A DNA stretch of 64,000 nt from Octopus sinensis (Eukaryota). A program made the position numbers and the translations under genes. The stretch lies in contig NC_042997.1 of NCBI RefSeq assembly GCF_006345805.1, forward strand, positions 115,320,001 through 115,384,000. The letters are read 5' to 3'. The notes beneath the pieces were generated by a model. It did not search any database and had not been told where the DNA came from. It worked only from the letters and a program-made list of their open reading frames with translations. Within the stretch, counting starts at the first letter, position 1. Each line of letters opens with the position of its first letter. This document shows positions 40,113 through 56,209 of the stretch, piece after piece.

Positions 40113-40934
40113 GTAGGGAACGTAATTCCAAAACTTAGAGGGAAAAATTCAATTTAACAATTTTAAATCAAATTTCACAATATATAATATATGTATATAA
40201 TTTAGAGAAAACCTCTATTAAACAATTCAATAATGAAAGATGTTATTCACACCATATAGAAAACATATGCTATAAAAGTCTTATTCCAAAATTCATGATT
40301 TTTAGAATAAGGTTTTTATAGTATAGTTTTTTCTCTAAATTATATATATATATATATGTATGTATGTATGTATGTATATAGGCGCAGGCGTGTCTGTGAG
40401 ATAAGAAGTTTGCTTCCCAACCACATGGTTCCGGGTTCACCCTCACTTCATGGAATCTTGGCCATGTGTCTTCTACTGTAGCTTCGGGACGATGAAAGTC
40501 TTGTGAGTGGATTTGGTAATGCTCCTATTTTATTATGCCGGTTACAGCCTAATGATGCCAGCTGGCATAACCGTTTTTAGGGGTGGCACCGAGCTATGCC
40601 GATATAGGGTAGGAAAAATATAGTAATAATACAAAATGATAATCCATGATATGGAATTCATAAATATTTCAATGCATCATTACGCACGTTTCCACAAATC
40701 ACGTGTCACTTAAGATCATAATTCGCATTTCTGGGATAATTACAGTACAATCCGTAATATCTATGCACTAATCACCCCAGGAATATGGACTATGATCTTA
40801 AGGGATATGGGATTTCTGGAAACGCGCGTAGCGATGCATTAAAATATTTATAAAATCCAGCCAAGGATTATTATCATTATCATTATTGTTACTATATGTA
40901 TGTATATACATATATGTATCTATATGTGTGTATG

Positions 40935-41041
<107 letters not shown>

Positions 41042-41864
41042 ATATACATATAATCTAATGGTTCAGTTTTAATTTTCAGACTTATAAATTTTAGCCAGTA
41101 AATTATGTTGCAAATTAAATATATCTTTGGGCATTTAATATAAAAATTCTAATTTTCAGATCTGTGTTTCAAACCGTATCTTTTCGTATTAAATTCCTAT
41201 AAAATCATGATCTACACACTCTGAAAGGTATTTGTAGAAAATTTCGTTAAAAAATAAAGATTTTTCTGAAAGTCATGAGGAAACAAAGTCAACTCGTGTG
41301 AATTTTCCGAAACTCATGGAAAAAAGTTTTTCTCAACATATTCCAACATTATCGGAATCAATTCTACTTGAAGCGTAATTGTAGAAAATTTCATTAAAAA
41401 GCATCCCTTTTTCTGGAAGTTATGAGGAAACAAAGTCGAAGGGGCACACATGTGTAAGTGTGTCCCTTTAAGATGGCGTAGATTCCAATTATGCCAGAAT
41501 TTGATGCGAAAATTTTTATTGGAGGTGGAGGTAGGAGTTTTGGATGCTTCATACGAGTCGATCTTGTTCTCACAAGTCTCAGATAAATTAGTATTTTTTT
41601 TTTTTTTGGTATTGATCTGTCCTCCGCAATCTTCTTTCACTTGCGGCACACCTACATTTTTTCAAAATTCGGCGGCTCACCTGAACTAAAAATATAACTA
41701 AAAGTATTGGGGAAAACACGTTGTATAAAGCTTGTTTCCACACCACGTGGTTCTGGGTTCAATGTTACCGAGTGGCACCCTGGCCAAGTGTTTTCTAGTA
41801 TAGTCTCGAGCTGACTAAAGCCTTAGTGGATTTAGTAGACGGAAACTGAAAGAAGCTCGTCGTG

Positions 41865-41913
<49 letters not shown>

Positions 41914-42020
41914 CTGCGTGTTGTGTTGTGTTTGTGTATGTGTGTGGTGTGTGTGTGTGTATGTGTGGTGTGTGTGTGTGTATGTGTGTGTGTATATATA
42001 TACATATATATATATATATT

Positions 42021-42052
<32 letters not shown>

Positions 42053-42329
42053 CATACATATATATATTGTGTGTGTATATATATCTCTCTATATGTGTGT
42101 ACGTGTGTACGTGCGAGTGTGTACGTGCGTGTTATGTATGTCAGTATGTATGTGTGTGCGGCCATCAACATTTTTTTAACATTGAACTAGTAATCGTAAA
42201 CGTAATACCATCTGCAAAGAATTTGTAAAAAACCCTCCATCTTCCTGAAAGTTATAAGGAAACAAAGTCGCGTTAGTAGGGGGACAAACTTGTGTAGATT
42301 TGCCGTGTCATTCATATATTGACTGAACA

Positions 42330-42712
42330 TCTCTCTCTATATAAAGCTGAAGTTGTCTGTGTGTGGCAGGTTTGGTAGCCTTCAACTAACACTACCTCCT
42401 CCAAGACCCTACGGCGCAAGTTGACCAAAATTGAGAGTATGATAGAAGGCTTGCTCTTCCTTCCGTAGAAGAAAAAGTTCAAATCGGACCATGTTAATAC
42501 CAAAAATTATTTACATCAAAAAGGTGCTTTTTTTTTCTATGAAAATCCCTAGTTTTTACGATATTTTGACTGCTGTGTCGCCATTTTTCGGTGTATTTCA
42601 ACCAGAAAAATGTTCACTTAATTTTGCTACATAATGCAAAATTTTTACTTTTCAAAAATTCCAATTCTAAAGGGTCGAAACAAACCCGAGCAACGCCGGG
42701 CGATACTGCTAG
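42330..42712 (+). mobile_element. Non-autonomous Helitron (383 bp)
   Basis: A|TC start, 3' hairpin cccgagcaacgccggg (42685-42700), CTAG|T end. Confidence 0.8.
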
Positions 42713-43039
42713 TTTAATGATAACATTTTTGAACGGATGTGAAAATTAGTAAAATATGATGGACACAAACAAAATTGTCGCTAAAATATCCATGTAAAAT
42801 TTTAAGAAATAAAATGCATAAAATTCTATGTTATTTTCATTGAATTTAGCTTCAAGATGTCTCAATTTTGTTTCTGATACAATCTTTGATTTAAAAAATA
42901 GACAAATTATTGATGATTTTTAATTAATTAACGAAAATGAATCCAGAGGAGGGAGGATTTAAGCTGAGATTAAAATCCTTGCTGCTAGGATACAACGGTG
43001 AAGTCGGAGATATTTCGCTGGCATCCTAAATATAGAATC

Positions 43040-46636
<3,597 letters not shown>

Positions 46637-46640
<4 letters not shown>

Positions 46641-46840
46641 AAGCTTTATGAAAATAAACAAAAGACGAAGGCAGGTGGAAAACAAACGAACAATTGTATT
46701 AGTATGGCGCTCAGGAAATATAAATAAAACAAGTCTTTAACGTTTCGAGCCTACGCTCTTCAACAGAAAGATACACAGAGAGAGAAAAACACAGAAAGAA
46801 GGAGAGAAAAAAATGCGTGCAGTAGCTAACGAATCAACAT
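46637..46840 (-). mobile_element. Family F hammerhead-like short element in (TA)n
   Basis: Minus strand TCTTT-CTGTTGA-A-GAGC(gtag)GCTC-GAA-ACGT-T-AAAGA. Confidence 0.7.
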
Positions 46841-46858
46841 TATATATATATATATATT

Positions 46859-46900
<42 letters not shown>

Positions 46901-46923
46901 TTATATATATATATATATATATA

Positions 46924-46955
<32 letters not shown>

Positions 46956-47103
46956 ATACAAATAAGAAAATGGAGAAACAATTTATTTTGTTCATCAACT
47001 TTCGGATATTAGAGTGTTGATTATTTATTCATTTAACTTCAACATTCTAATATCCGAAAGTTGATGAACAAAATAAATTGTTTCTCCATTTTCTTATTTG
47101 TAT
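46956..47103. repeat. Fold-back inverted repeat: 65-bp arms, 18-nt spacer, 1 mismatch
   Basis: 46956-47020 is the reverse complement of 47039-47103. Confidence 0.9.
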
Positions 47104-47272
47104 CATAAATTAACGGTAAAACATTTCTTTACCTTCACCTGTTTAATACAATAAATAAGTTAATTGCATTGCAATTAAAAACATGTATGTATCTGGGTAC
47201 TTTACCAACAGTATATTGGATAAATACTATCCCTTAGTGGGTTGCACCCATAACCCCTAACTTACTTTGAGG

Positions 47273-47310
<38 letters not shown>

Positions 47311-47339
47311 GATAGATATATAAATAAAATTTATATATA

Positions 47340-49418
47340 TAATAAATCTTTCTTCGCTTTTTACACTTGCAGATCGTTTTATTTGAAGCATATCAAGAGA
47401 AGTCAGCTTTTGCCTGCCTTTCAAAATATTACGAAAATATGCCAGAGCAGTGTCATTAAATAAAGCAGCTGTACGACCTGTGGATATTTTTTTCCTACAA
47501 ATTCAGAAACATACGGCCACTTTGCCAACACTGCCTTTAGTAGGGTCAGTTGGGCACCGTCTTTGTGAAAAACAGCACCATGTCACAATCTGCCATAAAT
47601 TTGTAAACGATATGCTGTACTCGATCAGTCGTAGAGATAGCATTCTCCGTACTCTATTTCTATCTCTATTAGTCGTAGAGATAGCATTCTCCGCTACACT
47701 GTCCTCCTCCGGGGGAACCAATCTCTTCCACCGCATCCGAATGCTGCTGCTCCTGAAACTGCAGGAGTTCAGCTGTCGTCAGCTCCTTTCAGTGTTCTCC
47801 GACGTGATCGTTAATGTCCCCATCATCAACCTCGAGGCCCATGGACTTGCTAAAAGGCACCTCTCCTCGACTACAGGTGTCTTAGACTCAAACCCCTCGA
47901 AGTCTCTTTCGGACACGCTGTCAGGCTACAGTTTCCTCCATGTAGAATCTAGTGTTCTCTTCGTTACGTCCTGCCTGGCCAGATCGATGATTTTCCGGCA
48001 GTTAATGTTGTAGTGCTCCTTCCAAAATTCACGAACAGTTAAATTTGCATTTTCGGTGACTTCAGAGCACCGACAAAATAGGTGTTTGGTGTACAATGGC
48101 TGGTCCATAGACTGCAAGATAAGGGTGCTGTTGCGTGAAAGGCACAGAACTGTTATAGATTTAAATTCGCCCAGGATATCACCTTCGACAAGCATTGTCG
48201 AGGATGAGGCGGGCCTTGAAACGAAGATCGTTCTCCGGAAGAAACTTTTTCACTGCTTGTCCAAAAAAAAAAAACAAAGTTGACCCTCTCAATGAAGAAT
48301 TGCCTGGTGACCCAGGCTTTAACGTTTGCCCTCCACCTGACCTGCAGCTTCTCCTTCAGGATTTTGTATAACTTGAACGCTCGTGGATTTTCGGAATGGT
48401 TGACAAGGAGCGGCTTACTCTTCAAGTCTCCACTCGCATTAGTATAAAGGACGAGAGTTAGCCTATATTTCATAGGCATATGGCCTAGTATTTTCTTCTC
48501 TGCAGTAATGTAGCTTCTCTGGAGCATTTTTTCCCAAAATAGGCTTGTTTCATCACATTTGAATTCCTGTTGTGCGATGTACACCTCGGCTGCCATGAAC
48601 TGATAGAATTCACGCACGAAATCTTCAACTGCCTTCGTGTCAGAACTCGCTGCTTCTCCATACCTGACGATGTTATGAACACCAGTCCTCTTCTTGAAAT
48701 GATCAAACCAGCCGCGAATGGCTTTAAGTGAGTCTGTTGATGTCTCCTCCGTCGATGTTTCAGGGTTCTGCTTCTGGAGATCAACATGCAACGTTCGTGC
48801 TTTCTCGCAGATGATGGTCTCCGTAGTCGTATCCCCTGCGAGTTGCTTCTCGTTGATCCACTGGAAAAACAATTCTTCCATCTCTTCGTGGACAGATGTG
48901 TGTTGCTTAGAGAGCTTGGAGACAACCTTTGCTATTGTAACAGCCTTTTATCTCGTCCTTTTTCTTCACGATGGTGCAAATCGCCGACGTGCTTCGGTCG
49001 TACTGACGTGCTGTGTCCACTACACACACTCCTCTCTCATGTTTATCAATGATTTCCTTCTTCAATTCTATCTTAATCAGCTTTTTCTTCTTCTCGGCAC
49101 TGTCCTTGGCACTAACCATCTTAGGACCCATGGCTAACGCAATTAATTATTATAAAATAATAGCAAAAACCGCACAAAACTAAAGAAAAAAAACAACCCT
49201 GGGAAAAACAATAAGGATGCTGCCACAGCGAGATAAACACGTGAACTGAGTGAGCGGAGGCTGCGCTTGCTGGGAGATCGTATTCGGGCTCGGTACCTAC
49301 TAGCGGTCGCCTGTATGATGCTCGCTCGTACTGCAGATTTCGCAAAAAGTCGTACGAGCCTCGGCTCGTACAGCAAATCACTCGTACAATGGCGCACTCG
49401 TACTGCGAGGTTCTACTG
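47340..49418 (-). mobile_element. Decayed Tigger/pogo transposon
   Basis: MGPKMVS...IELKKEIIDKHERG (HTH-psq), MEELFFQWINEKQLAGD...RGWFDHFKKR (CENP-B HTH), DETSLFW...NHSENPRAFK...WVTRQFF, QSMDQ; frameshifted; 5' TIR cagtagaacctcg with TA at 49419-49420. Confidence 0.9.
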
Positions 49419-49474
49419 TATGCATGTGTATATATATATAAGTATGTATGCATGTGTGTATATATAATATGTAT

Positions 49475-49541
<67 letters not shown>

Positions 49542-49605
49542 TGTATGTGTTTTAAGTATGTATGTATGTATGTATATATATGTATATTATATATATATAT
49601 ATATA

Positions 49606-50541
49606 TTGCCACCGGACATACACACAGACACACTCACACATCCACACACATACATACTTACGCACATACTCGCAGGCGCGCGCACGCACGCGCTTGCGCC
49701 GGTTCGCGCACCCATACGCTCCGCAGGCACCTCGCTCTTGGAACCGACAAGACCTCCCGCCCTGTTCCTGGGACCGTCGCGTGTCGTTGGGTTTTCCCAC
49801 GCCCGCCTCCGCGGGACCACTCTTCCATCTTCCCCTCAGCTGGAGTCCTTTTTCCTTCCCTTAACCCCCCCCCCCCCTTTTTCGTTACACACACGCGCAC
49901 ACATATACACACATTGCTTAAATATATACATTACTCTTACACACATTCAATCTACTCGCCATTTATACCACCACGACACTGGACACACACACACACTACT
50001 ACTCAACACACGCTGGCACGCTACATACGCCCCCACCCCTTCCCCTCCCTCCCTTCCTCCTTCCTTCTTTTTCTTACTACTGACCTTTGTCTGCTAAGCT
50101 GACCAGTGTCCTCGCCCTACCTCACACGCCTCACACAGACGCACACACTAACACACACATATATATTTTTTTGTTTTTTCATCTCGCCTCACCCCACACC
50201 ACACACACGCCACGCACCACACTCACACATACACACACATCTGTTGCGTTACCAACCTTGTCTCCACTCTTTTGCCTTTAAAACCCACTTTGCTCTGTTT
50301 TCGTAAACATCCGCCTTTCACCATGTGCAACTCGTAAACACCAGTCGTCTTTTTTCTCTTTCCCTGTTGCCCGCTCTGGGATCTTTCTTTCCTCTCTCTT
50401 CCTTCTTTATGTTTCCGACGAAGAGCTCCGCTCGAAACGTCATACCTCCCTGCTTCCATCTCCTGAGCGCCTATTAATAATAATACTGTAATTGTTCCAT
50501 TGTTGTTGTTTTTTTGTTTGTTTCCCGTTTGGATTAAAATT
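49606..50541 (+). mobile_element. Longer family-F-related element: CpG-rich 5' part, hammerhead-like motif at 50411-50445, (TA)n tail
   Basis: GTTT-CCGACGA-A-GAGC(tcc)GCTC-GAA-ACGT-C-ATAC; bounded by TA tracts. Confidence 0.5.
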
Positions 50542-50559
50542 ATATATATATATATATAT

Positions 50560-53500
50560 ATCATCATCATCATCATCATCATTTAGCGTCCGTTTTCCAT
50601 GCTAGCATGGGTTGGACGGTTCAACTGGGGTCTGGGGAGCCCGAAGGCTGCACCAGGCCAGTCAGATCTGGCAGTGTTTCTACAGCTGGATGCCCTTCCT
50701 AACGCCAACCACTCCGAGAGTGTAGTGGGTGATTTTATGTGCCACCGACACAGGTGCCAGACGAGGCTGGCGAACGGCCACGCTCGGATGGTGTTTTTAT
50801 GTGCCACCGACACAGGTGCCAGACGAGGCTGGCAGACGGCCACGCTCGGATGGTGTTTTTATGTGCCACCGGCACAGGTGCCAGATGAGGCTGGCAGGTG
50901 CCAGACGAGGCTGGCAGACGGCCACGCTCGGATGGTGTGTTTTATGTGCCACCACCGACACAGGTGCCAGATGAGGCTGGCGGACGGCCACGATCGGATG
51001 GTGTTTGTTACGTCCCCAAAGCACGGAGGCCAGTCTATGCGGTACTGGCTACGGCCACGTTCGGATGATTTTCTTGTGTGCCACCGGCACTGGTACCACA
51101 AAGATACAAATTCCATTTATGTTCATCTATTTTGATTTGTTTTGATTTGATTTGATTTTCACTTGCCTCAACAGGTCTTCACAAGTGTCACAAGAAGGAA
51201 GGTATGCACAGGTGGACTGTCTACGTCGCCGGGTCTTCGGATGGTGTCTTTATGTGCCACCGACACAGGTGCCAGATGTGGCTGGCGAACGGCCACGATC
51301 GGATGGTTTTCTTGTGTGCCACCGGTACTGGAACCACAAAGATACAAATTCCATTGATGTTCATCTATTTTGATTTGGTTTTTTTCACTTGCCTCAACAG
51401 GTCTTCACAAGTGTCACGCGTGTCACACACTTGCCTCAACAGGTCTCCACAAGTGTCACACACTTGCCTCTGCCTCAACAGGTCTTCACAAAGTGTCACA
51501 CACTTGCCTCTGCCTCAACAGGTCTTCACAAGTGTCATAAGAGGGAGGTATGCACAGGTGACTGACTATACGTCGCCGGGTCTTTGGATGGTGTTTTTAT
51601 GTGCCACCGACACAGGTGCCAGGTGAGGCTGGCGAACGGCCACGATCAGATGGTGTTTGTTGTGCCCACAGCACGGAGGCCAGTCGATGCGGTACCAGCT
51701 ACGGCCACGTTCGGATGGTTTTCTTGTGTGCCACCGGTACTGGAACCACAAAGATACAAATTCCATTGATATTCATCTATTTTGATTTGGTTTGATTTTC
51801 ACTTGCCTCAACAGGTCTTCACAAGGGTCACACACTTGCCTCAACAGGTCTCCACAAGTGTCACACACTTGCCTCTGCCTCAACAGGTCTTCACAAGTGT
51901 CACACACTTGCCTCAACAGGTCTTCACAAGTGTCATAAGAGGGAAGGTATGCACAGGTGGACTGACTACGTCGCCGGGTCTTCGGATGGTGTCTTTATGT
52001 GCCACCGGCACAGGTGCCAGATGAGGCTGGCGAACGGCCACGATCGGATGGTGTTGTTGTGCCCACAGCACGGAGGCCAGTCGATGCGGTACTGGTTACG
52101 GCCACGTTTGGGTGGTTTTCTTGTGTGCCACCGGCACTGGTACCACAAAGAATACAATTCCACTGATGTTCATCTATTTTGATTTGTTTTGATTTGATTT
52201 GATTTTCACTTGCCTCAACAGGTCTTCATAAGTGTCACAAGAAGGAAGGTATGCACAGGACTGACTACGTCCCAGGTCGGGGCCACGGGTTATGGCCTGA
52301 CTAGTCTTGCCGGGTCTTCTCATGCACAGCATACTTCCATAGGTCTCGGTCTCTAGACATTTCCTTAGTGAGACCTAAAGTTCGAAGGTCGTGCTTCACC
52401 ACCTCGTCCCAGGTTTTCCTGGGTCTACCTCTTCCACAGGTTCCCTCCACTGCTAGGGTGTAGCACTTTTGCACACAACTATCTTCAGCCTTTCTTGTCA
52501 CATGACCATACCAGCGCAGCCGTCTCTCTTGCACGCCACAACTGACGCTTCTTAGGTTCAGCTTTTCTCTCAAGGAACTTACACTCTGACGATTATGAAC
52601 ACTGACATTACACATCCATCGGAGCATACTGGCTTCATTTCTTGCGAGCTTACGCATATCCTCAGCAGTCACGGCCCATGTTTCACTGCCATGTAGCATG
52701 GCTGTACGTACACATGCATCATACAGTCTGCCTTTTACTCTGAGCGAGAGGCCTTTTGTCACCAGCAGGGGTAAGAGCTCTAAACTTTGCCCAGGCTATT
52801 CTTACTCTAGCAGTTACACTTTCAGCACACCCACCCCCGCTACTGACTTGGTCTCCTAGGTAGCGGAAGCTATCAACTACTTCTAGTTTGTCTCCCTGGA
52901 ACGTGGCAGAAGTTGGTCTCTGCATATTTCCAGTGTTTATTGCTCCTGAGCATTTGCCACAGACAAAAACTATTTTCCTAGTTAGCCTTCCTTTGACGTT
53001 GCTGCACCTCTTATGTGTCCATAGCTTACACTTGGTGCATCTTATAGAGTTTCTACCTACACCTTTTTTACAGATCGAGCAGGGCCATCTACCTGAAGGC
53101 GTTTGTGATTGATCTACCTTCCTACTTATTAGAACTTTGGTTTTGGCTAGGTTGATTCTAAGGCCCTTCGATTCTAATCCTTGTCTCCACACCTGGAACT
53201 TCTCCTCCAGTTCTGATAGTGACTCAGCAATTAGAGCAAGGTCATCAGCATAGAGGAGCTCCCAGGGGCAACCTGTCTTGAATTCCTCCGTTATTGCCTG
53301 GAGGACTATGATAAATAGGAGGGGACTGAGGACTGAACCTTGGTGGACCCCAACCTCTACCCGGAATTCTTCACTGTACTCGTTGCCCACCCTCACCTTA
53401 CTAGCAGCGTCTCTGTACATGGCTTGCACAGCTCTCACCAACCATTCTTCTATCCCTAGTTTCCTCATTGACCACCAGATAAGGGACCGGGGGACCCTGT

Positions 53501-55161
53501 CAAAGGCTTTCTCCAAGTCAACAAAAGCCAGGTACAAGGGCTTATCTTTGGCTAGGTATTTCTCCTGCAGCTGTCTTACCAGGAATATAGCATCAGTAGT
53601 ACTTTTCCCTGGCACGAACCCAAACTGCATATCATCTAAGGTAACTCTCTCTCTAATTAGTTGGGCTACAACCCTCTCCGTAACCTTCATTACCTGATCC
53701 AGCAGCTTGATGCCCCTGTAGTTATTTGTCTCTAGGGCGTCGCCTTTACCTTTGTAGCAGTTGACTATTATGCTGCTACACCAGTCATTGGGTATGACCC
53801 CCTCGTGTATCACCTGGTTAACTATACGGGTGACTAAGCTATAGCCGACACCACCAGATATTTTGAGCATCTCTGCAGTAATTCCTGATGGGCCTGGGGC
53901 TTTCCCTGTTTTCATGCTTCTAATTGCCTTATCTACTAAGGAACTGTTAACTCGGATTGCTGGTCCCTCTGTTGGGTCGACATTCGGCAGACTCTCTTTA
54001 TCCCATTCATTTTCTTCATTCAGCAACCTATCATAGTGGCGTCTCCAAGTCTCTCTCTTTGCACCCTCATTAAGTGCAAGTGAACCGTCCTCCTTGCGAA
54101 CACATTTCTCTCCTACCACGTCACGATTCTCTCTCACACACTGTCTTGCAACACGAAATACCTCAAGTCTTTCATCCTCACGACGCAGGACATTGGCAAA
54201 TTTTTCCTTCTCTGCTTCCCCTCTGGCTAGATAGACCTGTCTCCTGGCTTCCCTTCTGGCAGACTGATACACTTCCCTGCTACCACCGTTCTTCCAGGCC
54301 TTCCAAGCCTGTTTCTTTTGTCTAATAGCCCTGTCAACAATATTGTTCCACCACCACGTTATTTTGGGTCTTAAGGGGACTTTGCACCAGCCACAGATCT
54401 GGTCAGCGGCTTTCAGCAGGTTGTCCCTCAGAAGCGTCCAGTTGTCTTCTACCCCATGCGTAGCTATACTCCCTTCCATTTCGTCTAAAGCTTCAAATAA
54501 CATATCTCTAAATCTCTGTCCATTCACAGGGTCTTTAAGCTTCCAGACCCTTCTTCTCCATGTTGGTCGTCTTCTAGTCGCCCTCTTAGTCCTGATCCTA
54601 AAGTCACTAACTACCAGTCTATGTTGTGGGGTGCATTCTTCACTTGGGAAGTTTTGGCATTTATAAGCAGCCATCTTTCCCTTTTTCTGGCAAGGATGTA
54701 GTCGATTTGGCTAGTATGCCGGCCCGATCGGTAGGTGACCAGGTGGCTTGTCGGTTTCCTGAAGTTAGTGTTGCAAATCATAAGACTATTCGCATCGCAG
54801 AACTCCAGCAGCCTGGTTCCCTCCTCGTTGCGGGAACCATAACCGTAGCCTCCATGCACGCCATGGAAGCCCCCAGCACGTCGTCCAACATGCCCATTGA
54901 AGTCACCAGCCACAAAGAGAAGGTCCCTGTCGTTCGTCAATGATGTGGTCTGCAGTAGGGTGTCATAGAAACAGCCTTTCTGTCCATCAGGTAGCCCTGG
55001 CTGAGGGGCATAGGCCGATATAATAGTTGCTAAACTATGGTGGAGCACTAATCTAATCTTAATTATTCTGTCACTTACTCTGACTACCTCGATTACCTTA
55101 TCTACCCATTTTTCGGCGATAAGCATGCCCACACCCCCGACTCCGTCAGTATTCCCAGCCC
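50560..55161 (-). mobile_element. Young 5'-truncated RTE-clade LINE (APE + RT + PHD-like insert), two frameshifts, ~1.7-kb repetitive 3' UTR, (TGA)n tail
   Basis: Frames 54611-55146 (SAYAPQ, GDFNGH, SQIDYIL), 52719-54674 (GKAPGPSGI, QFGF, AFVDLEKAFD, GVHQGSVLSP, LLYADD, FRYLG) and 52301-52762 (LRWYGHV, GRGRPRKTW); ends ggaaaacggacgctaaa(tga)n; TA tracts on both flanks. Confidence 0.95.
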
Positions 55162-55454
55162 ATATATATATATATATAGTACGTTTAAATAGACGCACAT
55201 AGAGATATAAGCATGCGCAAATGAAGACATACAATAGAAATACAAAATGGCTGACGGTTAGTAAGGAGAGACACAAATAAGTGAGAAGAAAACAAAGGAC
55301 CACTGATGCGGTCACAGGAGTGTGACGAAAGAACTTTGGCCGAAATAAGATTAAGATTAATGTAAAAAATAAATATCACTGAAGCAAAATAACACCAAAT
55401 ATATAGTGCGTGTGTTTTTATTGGCTAAACTGGCAATATGACCATTCCGAATAT

Positions 55455-55518
<64 letters not shown>

Positions 55519-55663
55519 ATGTATATACGGGTAAGGTAAAATGATATGACACATTTGTAGTTTAATAACATTTTTTCATTCTTTTCTCTATTTCACTTTT
55601 ATTAAACCTACAAATGTGTCAGCTCATTTTGCCCCACCCTGCATATGTATGTGTGTGTATGTG

Positions 55664-55708
<45 letters not shown>

Positions 55709-55806
55709 ACTTACACACTTTCTCACATATATATATGCGGTCATATACATACGTCTATATTTTCACTGACCCATACACTCGTATATATACGTTCGCACAC
55801 GTACTC

Positions 55807-55863
<57 letters not shown>

Positions 55864-55867
55864 ACGC

Positions 55868-55909
<42 letters not shown>

Positions 55910-56209
55910 GCAAATCTTTTATAAGCTTCGTCGAACAAAAGTATCCCAAATCCACTCGACCCCGTCGTTGACCTTTTGCAATTCTAAGTTTATTTGGGAG
56001 TCAACACCTTGATAACGTCTGTCATAGAAAGGTAAACACCCACCCCACAGGATGTAAGGTGTTTTCTTATGCAAGACTACATAGAACATGAAATATTTTG
56101 ATAGCGAATGCGGGAAGTGATGGCGCTCATGCTTAAGACATGGAAGTCAGATTATCTTCACCGGGAATCAAACCACTGCAGACATTTTCGTTAATCTTAA
56201 GACATTATT

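Noticed and set aside
41200-42290. Three degenerate repeats of ctgaaagt(c/t)atgaggaaacaaagtc
   Set aside because: Probably sub-repeats of a decayed rolling-circle or other DNA element; no termini could be defined
47250-47262. taaccctaa telomere-like motif (also ~22272)
   Set aside because: Only one to two units, expected by chance
47450-48283. Plus-strand ORFs of 187 and 75 aa (also 53278-54666)
   Set aside because: Antisense shadows of Tigger and RTE coding sequence
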